A stretch of 64,000 nt of DNA from Spirochaetes bacterium GWB1_36_13 (GTDB taxonomy: Bacteria; Spirochaetota; GWB1-36-13): positions 2,723 to 66,722 of the forward strand of contig MIAO01000011.1 in NCBI GenBank assembly GCA_001829155.1, given 5' to 3'. A model generated the notes under the pieces. It had not been told where the DNA came from, made no database searches, and was given only the letters and a program-made list of their open reading frames with translations. Below, in pieces: positions 8,088 to 16,747 of this stretch. Each line of letters begins with the position of its first letter. Position 1 is the first letter of the stretch. The translations under genes were made by a program, and so were the position numbers.

Positions 8088-10637
8088 ATGAAAAGAATGA
8101 GAATCTTAGCAGTGCTTCTGATCGCAGTTTTCGGACTGATTCAGTGCGGTAAACAAGGAAGCCCGGACAACACTCTTGCTTCGAGTGATTCAAGAGCGAC
8201 TATTACACAAGTTTCAAGCTTTGGAACAAACCCAGGAAGTCTGGCGATGTATAAATACGCTCCAGCAGGAATTACTGCAGCGGCTCCGCTGGTTGTAGCT
8301 CTTCACGGATGTACTCAGACAGCAAGCGAGTATGCAAACAATACAGACTGGAACAGTCTGGCTGACAAATACAAATTCTATGTTGTCTTTGCTGAAACAA
8401 ACAGCTCCAACAATTCAAGCAAATGTTTTAACTGGTTTGAATCGGGAGATATCGCCAGAGGAGGAGGAGAAGCGCTCTCTATCAAACAAATGGTTGATAA
8501 AATGAAAGCCGATTACTCTATCGACGCATCCAGAGTTTTCGTAACCGGTCTTTCTGCTGGTGGTTTTATGACCGTCGCTATGGCTGCGGCTTATCCTGAT
8601 GTTTTTGCAGGCGCTGCTGTTATGGCAGGCGGACCTTATAAATGTGCTACCAGCATGACAGCGGCTTTCAGCTGTATGTCTCCTGGTGTTGATAAAACTC
8701 CAGCGCAATGGGGAGATTTGGCAAGAAGCGGATATTCAGGATATTCCGGCTCTTATCCTTTGATCAGTATCTGGTATGGTACGACTGACGGTACAGTAAA
8801 ACCTTTAAACTCTACTGAACTGGTTGATCAGTGGACCAATGTCCATGGAATCGATCAGACAGAAGATTTTACTGAGAGTGTAGCGGGATCTTCTCATAAA
8901 GTCTATAAAAATGCAAATGGGGATGCATTGGTAGAAATCTGGGCAATCGCAAGCATGGGACACGCTATCACAGTTGACCCGGGAACAGGCGAAACTCAGG
9001 GCGGCGGAACAGGAAGCTACTCTATTGATAAAAACATCTATTCATCTTACTGGGCAGCAAAATTCTGGGGTCTGGACAACAGCGACAAAGAAGCTCCAGT
9101 TGTCAATGTAACTTCTCCAGCAAACGGCGCAACTATCACAGCAGGCTCTACTACTCTGGCAGCAAGCGCTTCTGACAATGCAGGCGTTGTAAAAGTTGAG
9201 TTTTATGTTGACGGAGTATTGAAATCAACTGATACTTCAGCTCCTTATGAAGCGACTCTTGACCTGACCACAATCGTCAATGGAAGCCACAGTGTTAAAG
9301 CAATTGCTTATGACGCAGCAGGAAATACAGCAACAGACAACGATACTGCTTTCACAGGCGGTACTTATGTTGATACAGTGGCTCCAGTTTTATCCAACGA
9401 TAAAGCAAGCGGAACTTATCAAATGAGCGTTTCTCCAGTAATTTCTGCCAATGAAGCGGCTACAATCTATTATACAACAGACGGCTCTACTCCAACTGTG
9501 AACTCAGCTTCAGGAGCAGCTCCTCTTACTCTTTCTTTCTCAGCAGACACTACGCTGAAATTTTTTGGAAAAGACCCATCCGGAAATGCTTCTTCAGTAC
9601 AAACTTTCAGCTATGTAGTAGAAATCCTCCCTTATACTGAAACAGCATCCGGAACAGCTACTGAGCACTACAATGCAGGAAGACTGGATGTTAACGCATA
9701 TCTTGCTTACGGACAAGAATACGGATATATGACTGCCTTTATTCTCTATCACCTCAAAGCCGAGTTCGGCGGAACATGGGTTGACGAGCATGACCTTCCA
9801 GGATATACTCCAACTCCAGATACTACTGTCCCAACTGTAAATATTACTGCTCCAACAAACGGCTCTACTGTCAGCGCAAGCGTAACTGTAACTGCAGCAG
9901 CATCCGACAATATTGGAGTCGCAAAAGTTGAGTTTTATGTGGACGGAACCTTAAAAGCAACTGATACTGCATCTCCTTATGAATATGTTCTTGATACTAC
10001 AACATTAACAAACGCTTCTCACAGCATTAAAGCAATCGCTTACGATGCAGCCAATAACACTGCAACAGATGACGATACTTCTGTTACTGTTGATAACACA
10101 CAACAAGGCACAACTACGACTGTTGAGTTTACCAGCAACTCTACTGACGACGGATATGTCAAAGCATCTGCAGACGGTTCAGGAGCAGCGGTCGGAACAT
10201 ACTCTACAATAGCAATCGGAAGAGGAAGCGACGGAAAATTTAACAGAGCTATTCTTTCTTTCGACACTTCAAGTCTCCCAGACAGCGCTACGATCGTAAG
10301 AGCATACATTGTAGTCACTGCAAGCTCAGTATCAGGCACTCCATGGGCAAATGGAAACAGCATGGTCATTGACCTTAAAACAGGAAACTTCGGATCAGCT
10401 TCTACTACTGAAACAACAGACTGGGCATCTGCAGCTACTGCTTCTCAAGCAGGAAGCATTGACGCTTTCACAAGCGGAACTAAACAGTCTTCTGATCTTT
10501 CAGCAGCGGGACTTTCTGCAATCAGCAAAACAGGCAAAACTCAGGCAAAATTAAGATTCCTGACTAATCAAACAACTACAGCTTACATCTTTATCACTCA
10601 AGGTACAGGCGCAAAACTCGTAGTTGAATATCAATAA
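8088..10637 (+). CDS. Extracellular PHB depolymerase-family esterase; lipoprotein with two Ig-like (Big) domains, an FN3-associated domain, a putative polymer-binding module and a C-terminal beta-domain
   Basis: Lipoprotein-like signal (GLIQC), FGTNPGSL, LHGCTQ, CFNWF, GLSAGG nucleophile, GTTDGTV, MGHA. Two repeats of SDNxGVxKVEFYVDG...AYDAA, plus IYYTTDGSTP and ATEHYNAGRL. Confidence 0.9.
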   Translation: MKRMRILAVLLIAVFGLIQCGKQGSPDNTLASSDSRATITQVSSFGTNPGSLAMYKYAPAGITAAAPLVVALHGCTQTASEYANNTDWNSLADKYKFYVVFAETNSSNNSSKCFNWFESGDIARGGGEALSIKQMVDKMKADYSIDASRVFVTGLSAGGFMTVAMAAAYPDVFAGAAVMAGGPYKCATSMTAAFSCMSPGVDKTPAQWGDLARSGYSGYSGSYPLISIWYGTTDGTVKPLNSTELVDQWTNVHGIDQTEDFTESVAGSSHKVYKNANGDALVEIWAIASMGHAITVDPGTGETQGGGTGSYSIDKNIYSSYWAAKFWGLDNSDKEAPVVNVTSPANGATITAGSTTLAASASDNAGVVKVEFYVDGVLKSTDTSAPYEATLDLTTIVNGSHSVKAIAYDAAGNTATDNDTAFTGGTYVDTVAPVLSNDKASGTYQMSVSPVISANEAATIYYTTDGSTPTVNSASGAAPLTLSFSADTTLKFFGKDPSGNASSVQTFSYVVEILPYTETASGTATEHYNAGRLDVNAYLAYGQEYGYMTAFILYHLKAEFGGTWVDEHDLPGYTPTPDTTVPTVNITAPTNGSTVSASVTVTAAASDNIGVAKVEFYVDGTLKATDTASPYEYVLDTTTLTNASHSIKAIAYDAANNTATDDDTSVTVDNTQQGTTTTVEFTSNSTDDGYVKASADGSGAAVGTYSTIAIGRGSDGKFNRAILSFDTSSLPDSATIVRAYIVVTASSVSGTPWANGNSMVIDLKTGNFGSASTTETTDWASAATASQAGSIDAFTSGTKQSSDLSAAGLSAISKTGKTQAKLRFLTNQTTTAYIFITQGTGAKLVVEYQ

Positions 10638-10652
10638 GAAATTAAAAATCTC

Positions 10653-10684
10653 AAACCGGAGGAAGTTCTCCTCCTCCGGTTTTT
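10653..10684 (+). terminator. Rho-independent terminator
   Basis: AAACCGGAGG...CCTCCGGTTT hairpin followed by a T-run, just after the depolymerase stop. Confidence 0.8.
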
Positions 10685-10744
10685 CTTATCACTCTTCTCA
10701 AAACTCATTCACCCTGCTCTTTTATATAAAGTCTAAAAACTAAC

Positions 10745-10948
10745 ATTCAGGCTGTCGATTGTTATTTAATTAACACGGACACCGAGCGGAGCCGAGGTGT
10801 CACTTCGACTCCGCTCAGTGACCATACTGCTTTGATTCATAGAAAAACCCTATGAAAGATTGTATCAGAAAATACAATTACCTTTTCTGATAAACTTACA
10901 AATATCAATGATAATAAGTCTTAATTTTCAATAATCGACAGCCTGAAT
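10745..10948. mobile_element. MITE-like element with 16-bp perfect terminal inverted repeats, enclosing a REP-like doublet
   Basis: ATTCAGGCTGTCGATT (10745-10760) and AATCGACAGCCTGAAT (10933-10948), non-coding interior, located between convergent genes. Confidence 0.6.
10780..10820. repeat. REP-like inverted doublet (consensus CACTGAGCGGAGYCGAAGTG)
   Basis: CACCGAGCGGAGCCGAGGTG and CACTTCGACTCCGCTCAGTG. Single copies also occur at 32253-32272 and 38472-38491. Confidence 0.75.
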
Positions 10949-11018
10949 ATAAAAAAACTCCTGAAAACCAATCTCTTGTGTCAGTGCCGAGTAGTAAAAT
11001 GAGAGAAAAAAATAAAAT

Positions 11019-11456
11019 TCAAGGCGCTAAGAGAGTAAAAGGCCAAAAAGAAATATTTCTTAGAATCCAGAATAAAATCACAATCACAAAAAATATCCAG
11101 ACCGCTTTTCCTGAAAAATGGATTTCTGGTTTTTGAGTATTTCTGAAATAATAATAGAGGAAGCGGAAAAAGGAAAACAAAAGAAACGGGGTCAGCAAAA
11201 CAGTCAGAATATTAAAGGAAAAAGCTTTCAGAATTTCCAAATTGGCAAGGGAATGAAGCGCTCTACCCGTACCGCATCCCGGGCAGTAAAGACGGGTAAA
11301 ATGATAAAAAGGACAGGGCGGATAAAAAACGGATCGCCCCGGAGTTTGATTTCTGAGAAGATAAATAAAAAAAAGAAAGAGCAGGATGAATAACAATCCG
11401 ATGCTCATTCTCACTGTTTTACTCTGATAGATTTTTTCCTGAATTTTTTTATACAT
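11019..11456 (-). CDS. DUF2752-family membrane protein
   Basis: PPCPFYHFTRLYCPGCGTGRALHSL motif and C-terminal FWILRNI. Confidence 0.88.
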   Translation of the reverse strand: MYKKIQEKIYQSKTVRMSIGLLFILLFLFFIYLLRNQTPGRSVFYPPCPFYHFTRLYCPGCGTGRALHSLANLEILKAFSFNILTVLLTPFLLFSFFRFLYYYFRNTQKPEIHFSGKAVWIFFVIVILFWILRNISFWPFTLLAP

Positions 11457-11871
11457 TCATCTGGGATTTGATTAAATAATCATGAAGTTCTTTCATAAAG
11501 CCAAGTCCTAAAAAAAGAGCGGCAATATAGATAACCAGAATAACCAATCCTGAAATAAAAGAAACCCAGCACCATGTCTTTGCTTTTTTAGAAGCTTCTA
11601 AAGCTCCTGCACTATCTCCCAATGAAATTTTTGTACTGACTTGTGCGGCAAAAACAATCGCGGGAATCCCAAAAGGCAGACAGCAAAAAAGAGTGACTAA
11701 AATCGACTGAACCAGATAAGTTGGAATCAAGTGCGGATTGGTCATTTTCTGAGTATTTTCCTGTTGAATCATAGGCTGGAAAGTGATTCCCCCTTCACCC
11801 AGTTTTTGACCGCATTTCAGGCAATAAACTGCTGATTTGGCATTAGTCGCGCCGCATTTTGGACAATTCAT
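11449..11871 (-). CDS. Zinc-ribbon plus CD225/dispanin-family membrane protein
   Basis: Start reassigned to MNCPKCG (GGAG RBS upstream). CxxC...CxxC, then YLVQSILVTLFCCLPFGIPAIVFA...SKKAKTWC. Confidence 0.88.
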   Translation of the reverse strand: MNCPKCGATNAKSAVYCLKCGQKLGEGGITFQPMIQQENTQKMTNPHLIPTYLVQSILVTLFCCLPFGIPAIVFAAQVSTKISLGDSAGALEASKKAKTWCWVSFISGLVILVIYIAALFLGLGFMKELHDYLIKSQMNV

Positions 11872-11887
11872 AATAACTCCTTGATTT

Positions 11888-13585
11888 TTATTCTTTCGGT
11901 AAAGTAAAAATAAAACGGGCACCCCCGTTTTCTCCATTCTCTACCCAGATTTTTCCCCTGTGTCTTTCTATAATTTTCTTGCACATGGCAAGACCGATTC
12001 CGTTTCCTTCATATTCTTCCCGTGTATGGAGCCTTTGAAAAACAATAAAAATACGGTCAAAATATTCTTTTTGAATTCCAATTCCATTGTCTTGTACTGT
12101 AATTTGATATTCAGATTCAGTTTCCGATGAAAAAATATGAACTACAGGATCAATGTCTTTTCTCCTGTATTTTAAGGCATTCTCAATCAGATTTTGAAAA
12201 AGCTGAATCATCTGGCTGGAATCAGCTAATACTACCGGAAGAGATTCTAATTTCAAGAAAGCTTGATTTTCCTCAATTTTTATGCGTAAATTATCTGTAG
12301 CTTTTTCAAAAACACTCTTTAAATCCGTCTGCTGGAAATCACTTCCATGAGTCTCTATCCGTGAAAGACGGAGCAATGCATTAATAAAATCTTCCATTCT
12401 ATGCGCCCCGTCCACCGCATATTGAATATATTCATTCATATCTTCGTCCTGCTGGTAATGGCTTTCTATTTTTCTTTTGATTAAATCCAAAAAACTGCTA
12501 ATCATCCGGAGCGGTTCGCGCAGGTCATGGGAAGCCACATAGGCAAACTGTTTGAGTTCTTCATTTGAATTTTTCAGTTTAGAAAGTATTTCTTGGAATT
12601 CCATCTGCAATTTTTTTCTTTCGCTGATATCTCTGATAAGTCCGACAGTGCCGAGAAGCTGATTTTCCTTATTGCTTTGAAAATACTCTCCTGCCGCGCT
12701 GATTTCTATCCAGATTGTTTCTTTTTCTTCATTCTTTTCAATCTTGATCTTATTGTCTTCTTCGGTTTCAAGGTAATCTCCGGATGAAAAAACCTCTACC
12801 CATTGAAGACCGGAGTCTTTATTTTTTTTTAATATATTTTTATTTTTGACTGTCTCAGGATTCAAACGGATTTCCAGATTTTTCGTCATTCTTTTCCCGG
12901 TTCTTCTTTCGTCAAAAAGTTTCGGCGCTTTTTCATCGCCTGTTTCAATTCCTTTAAACCCCGGCAAAACCATTTCCCGGCTCACATTGGGAGCGTCTTT
13001 CTCGTGCAGAAGAACACTGAAATGTTTTCCGATCAGATCTTCCGGCTCATAACCGAAGTTTTTAATCGAATCGCTTACAAACAAAAAATAACCCTCATTG
13101 TCGATCCGGTAAACCACATCGGGAACAGACTGGATCAGTTTTTCATATTTTTCCTCTGATTCTTCCAAAAGGAACCGGATCCTTTTGTTCTCAACCCTTT
13201 CTCTTACTTCTTCAATACTGCGCTTAATAGTCAGGGGAAGAATGTCCAGATTGTTTTTATGGATAAACTGTGCGGCTCCAGCTTCAAGGGCTATGAGAAT
13301 AGTTTTATTGTCTTCGATATCGGATATATAAATAAAAGGCGCATTGGGAACTATTTTCTTTGCAATATCAAGGGCGCACTTTCCTTCCTCATGAGAAAGA
13401 CCATAATCCGCTACAATAACATCAAAGCGGATGTGTCTTAAAGCGGAAGTGAAATCTTCGATATTTCTCACCCCCCCGATTTCAAAATCCAGACCGCTAG
13501 TTTCTAATTTTTCCTTTATTTTTCTGATCGTTGTTTCATTCTTTTCAAAACAAAGGACAATAATATTGGATTCTAATGAAGACAT
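11888..13585 (-). CDS. Receiver-PAS-histidine kinase
   Basis: N-terminal receiver-like domain, PAS, FAYVASHDLREPLR H-box, QNLIENALKY, DNGIG, GNGIGL. Confidence 0.92.
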   Translation of the reverse strand: MSSLESNIIVLCFEKNETTIRKIKEKLETSGLDFEIGGVRNIEDFTSALRHIRFDVIVADYGLSHEEGKCALDIAKKIVPNAPFIYISDIEDNKTILIALEAGAAQFIHKNNLDILPLTIKRSIEEVRERVENKRIRFLLEESEEKYEKLIQSVPDVVYRIDNEGYFLFVSDSIKNFGYEPEDLIGKHFSVLLHEKDAPNVSREMVLPGFKGIETGDEKAPKLFDERRTGKRMTKNLEIRLNPETVKNKNILKKNKDSGLQWVEVFSSGDYLETEEDNKIKIEKNEEKETIWIEISAAGEYFQSNKENQLLGTVGLIRDISERKKLQMEFQEILSKLKNSNEELKQFAYVASHDLREPLRMISSFLDLIKRKIESHYQQDEDMNEYIQYAVDGAHRMEDFINALLRLSRIETHGSDFQQTDLKSVFEKATDNLRIKIEENQAFLKLESLPVVLADSSQMIQLFQNLIENALKYRRKDIDPVVHIFSSETESEYQITVQDNGIGIQKEYFDRIFIVFQRLHTREEYEGNGIGLAMCKKIIERHRGKIWVENGENGGARFIFTLPKE

Positions 13586-13754
13586 AATTAAGCCTCATAA
13601 TAATTTAATTAAAAATAAAATCATAGAATAATTAAACTACTTATTGCCAAAAAATCAAGAAAAATTTATAAACTTATTTTATGGTGCAAATAAATTAGCC
13701 GGCGATTCGAATCGCCAGCTCTGTCTTATATATAAAACTTATTTAATTCGACTC

Positions 13755-14564
13755 CTACCATAACCAGCCGAGATAAAAGTGACTTCCTTTTACCTCCCAG
13801 TTATCATTTGCGTATTTTGACTGAAAATAAAAACCATCCAGTCCAAAAATAAAACAAGAATCCAAGCGATGAAAATTAACCGCATATCCTATTCCCCCTT
13901 TTACACCCAATCCAGGGGCACTACTCCATTTGATAAGATCATTTTTTAATATCATTTTATCCATACCAACAGCTAAATTAATAAAAAAGCCAGAAGTAAT
14001 TTCTTTGAAAAAATATTTTATCCCAATAGAATAAAAAGTTGTTTGAAGACTAAATTCTTCTTTCCCTCCATACCAGCTAGTTGAATTATTCTCCCAAAGT
14101 GAGGCATACCCAGATAAACCGCCTCCAAACAAAAGATTTTCATTGACAGAAAGATAAAAATCCATCGCAAAATATCCCAACCCTCTGACATCGAGTTCTT
14201 CAAACGGATAACTGCTGTTTGTTTTTATCTGATTATTCAGGTTGTTGTTAAAATTAACACCACCCCAACCTAACAAAATATCAAGATAAACAGTTTCAGG
14301 CTTAAGCAGGCTGTCATCAGACTGCTTTGAAGTTGTACTGTTTGATTCTTTTTGGGAAGTATCATTAGAATCAAAAGTAACATTCTGTACTTTTGATTTT
14401 GGAATTTCCATTTTCGCATATCCGGTATCCACGGTGATTTTCTCATCTGTGCTTTCCGTGATTTTTCCCCTGATGACTGACCCGTCTTTTAAAAAGACGC
14501 TTTCCGCCCATGAGAAAGTAAATAAACTAAGAGAGAACAGCAAACTGAGAATGATTTTTTTCAT
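13755..14564 (-). CDS. Putative outer-membrane beta-barrel protein with a small N-terminal beta domain
   Basis: Signal peptide, ESVFLKDGSVIRGKI module, alternating beta-strand pattern, C-terminal aromatic residue (FYLGWLW). Confidence 0.7.
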   Translation of the reverse strand: MKKIILSLLFSLSLFTFSWAESVFLKDGSVIRGKITESTDEKITVDTGYAKMEIPKSKVQNVTFDSNDTSQKESNSTTSKQSDDSLLKPETVYLDILLGWGGVNFNNNLNNQIKTNSSYPFEELDVRGLGYFAMDFYLSVNENLLFGGGLSGYASLWENNSTSWYGGKEEFSLQTTFYSIGIKYFFKEITSGFFINLAVGMDKMILKNDLIKWSSAPGLGVKGGIGYAVNFHRLDSCFIFGLDGFYFQSKYANDNWEVKGSHFYLGWLW

Positions 14565-14657
14565 TTTTTACTCCTTAAAATAATTGTATAAAGTGTATTC
14601 AATTACTCAACTGAATATAACTTAGGTTAAAAAATTATCAAAAAAAGCGGAAAAAGG

Positions 14658-14680
14658 AAATAGAACCTCAGGTTCTATTT
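14658..14680. promoter_or_regulatory. Palindromic putative transcription factor site AAATAGAACCTCAGGTTCTATTT
   Basis: Perfect 11-bp arms in a divergent intergenic region; 20 bp identical to 32015-32034. Confidence 0.6.
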
Positions 14681-14852
14681 TAAGATTCAATTGATTATGA
14701 ATGTTAAATTTTTAAATATTTTTTTAAATATTTTTTCTGATAACTTATTTTTGTTTTGTCATAAAACCTATATTATTTTTAATTTGCAATATCTTTATTT
14801 AAGTTTATTTCATATTTTTCAAAGCTAAAATATTTCTAATTGAGGTTTTATC

Positions 14853-15578
14853 ATGAGTTTTTTAAATGTAAATCTAAATAAGTGCAATCAGTGCGGGATC
14901 TGCGCTTCTGTCTGTCCGGCACAAGCGCTGGATAACCCCAAAGCGCCTTTGCAAAATCAGAAAAAATTAGATCATTTCCCTGTCCTTTCATCAGGCCAAG
15001 CGGAAGAATTTCTTCGTTCCCGCCGATCTATCCGGGTCTATGAAGATAAAAAAATACCCAACAATACCCTTTCAAAACTTTTAGATATGGGAAGGTTTGC
15101 TGAAACAGGAGGGAACAGCCAAAGCGTTTCTTATCTGGTAGTGAGCAAAAAAGAAATTTTACAGCAACTCAGCGAAATGACCCTGACCTGGATGGAACAG
15201 GAAATTGAAAAAGGAACCGGCTGGGTACAGCTTTATAAAGGCTTTGTAAAAAACTGCCGGACAACTGGGGAAGATTTAATTCTTCGGGGAGTGCCCCACC
15301 TGATTTTCGGAAAAGCGCAGAAAGCTTTTCCCCTTGGAAGAGAAAACACGGTTTTATCTTTTTCTTATATTGAATTATACGCAACCAGTCTTGGACTTGG
15401 GACTTGCTGGGCAGGATTTGTAGAAAATGCCGGGCGATCGGGGTACGAGCCGATGAGAAAAATACTCGGCATGGATGAAAATGAAGTTTTAACCGGAGCC
15501 TTGATGGCAGGTTTTCCCAAATACAGATACCATCGGCTTCCAGACAGAAATCCTCTATCTATCCGATGGATCGATTAG
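14853..15578 (+). CDS. Nitroreductase-family protein with a shortened 4Fe-4S domain
   Basis: Single CNQCGICASVCP motif, then RSRRSIR, AETGGNSQ, GLGTCWAG. Confidence 0.9.
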   Translation: MSFLNVNLNKCNQCGICASVCPAQALDNPKAPLQNQKKLDHFPVLSSGQAEEFLRSRRSIRVYEDKKIPNNTLSKLLDMGRFAETGGNSQSVSYLVVSKKEILQQLSEMTLTWMEQEIEKGTGWVQLYKGFVKNCRTTGEDLILRGVPHLIFGKAQKAFPLGRENTVLSFSYIELYATSLGLGTCWAGFVENAGRSGYEPMRKILGMDENEVLTGALMAGFPKYRYHRLPDRNPLSIRWID

Positions 15579-16747
15579 TATTTTTTAGACTTTCTTTTTT
15601 GGCTCTGATTTTCTTTTTTCTTTTTTCCTGCGGATGGAAGCCTCCCTCTGGAAATCAGAATGAAGACAGCGTGCTTAAAATTTGTTTTGAAGCAGAGTGC
15701 ATGGAAAAAATGCTTCTTACTTTAATTCAAAACGCGCATGAAAAAATCGAGCTGGCGCTCTATGGATTTGAAGGAAATCCCGGTTTGACCGAAGCATTGA
15801 TCCAGGCTAAAAAAAGAAAAGTTAATCTTGAAATTGTTTCTGATTTTGACTCTGAAATACAAGACGGGTTTCAGAGCCTGATTCTTGAGAAAATGAAAAA
15901 TCTTCCCGGTGAAGGCATTATCTCGCTTCGTTTTGGGAACACAAACGCTATTATGCATAATAAGTACATGATTGTGGATTCAAAATGGGTTTTAACCGGT
16001 TCCACCAACTGGACTGATGGAATCCAAACTCATTTTAATCATATGATTCTCCTCAAAAATCCTTTATTGGCAAAAGAGTATCAAAAAGATTTTAAAAAAA
16101 TGTTTCAGGAGGGTTTATTCAGTACGGATAAAGACAACGATGGAGTTATTCCAGACTGGGTGATAGGAACTTATCAGACAGGGATTTATCCGGTTCAGGT
16201 TTTTTTCACGCCCTATAAAGATTTTTACCCCGAAACTTTTTACGATGACCCTGATACCCCGGCAGTCGATCCGAACGAAATAACCGTTCAAAACGCATTT
16301 TCAGAAATTCTTCCTCTGGTTTCCCAAGCAAAAAAAAGAATTATGATTTTCGCTTTTTCTTTCACCGATCGGCTTTTGATGGAAACACTTTTCAATCTCC
16401 ATCAAAATCAAAATATCGAGATAAAAATCTGGCTCGATCAAAGCCAGTATCAAAGCAATTATAATTCAGCGGGGCGACGGATCGAAAAACTGAAACAGGC
16501 TGGGATTCAGATAAAAATCACTCAAAAACCAGACGGGCTTCTCCACCATAAAATGATCGCAATCGATGACCAGGTATTGATTATCGGTTCTCTCAATTTC
16601 AGCAACAATGCGGTTACTTCCAACGATGAAAATTTTCTCATCCTCAAAAACGCCTCGTCTCTCATTGATGAGTTTGAAAAGGAAGCGGCAAGGATTGACG
16701 AGTACTCCAATGATTTAGTAATCCGTAACGAAGGAGAAAGCGAATGA
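15566..16747 (+). CDS. Phospholipase D-superfamily lipoprotein (two HKD motifs, Nuc-like)
   Basis: Lipobox FFLFSC; MHNKYMIVD...TGSTNWT; LHHKMIAID...IGSLNFS...NDEN. Confidence 0.9.
   Translation: MDRLVFFRLSFLALIFFFLFSCGWKPPSGNQNEDSVLKICFEAECMEKMLLTLIQNAHEKIELALYGFEGNPGLTEALIQAKKRKVNLEIVSDFDSEIQDGFQSLILEKMKNLPGEGIISLRFGNTNAIMHNKYMIVDSKWVLTGSTNWTDGIQTHFNHMILLKNPLLAKEYQKDFKKMFQEGLFSTDKDNDGVIPDWVIGTYQTGIYPVQVFFTPYKDFYPETFYDDPDTPAVDPNEITVQNAFSEILPLVSQAKKRIMIFAFSFTDRLLMETLFNLHQNQNIEIKIWLDQSQYQSNYNSAGRRIEKLKQAGIQIKITQKPDGLLHHKMIAIDDQVLIIGSLNFSNNAVTSNDENFLILKNASSLIDEFEKEAARIDEYSNDLVIRNEGESE

Noticed and set aside
14658..14680. Canonical LexA (Cheo) box
   Set aside because: The spacer is 5 nt rather than 4, and no copy was seen immediately upstream of recA.
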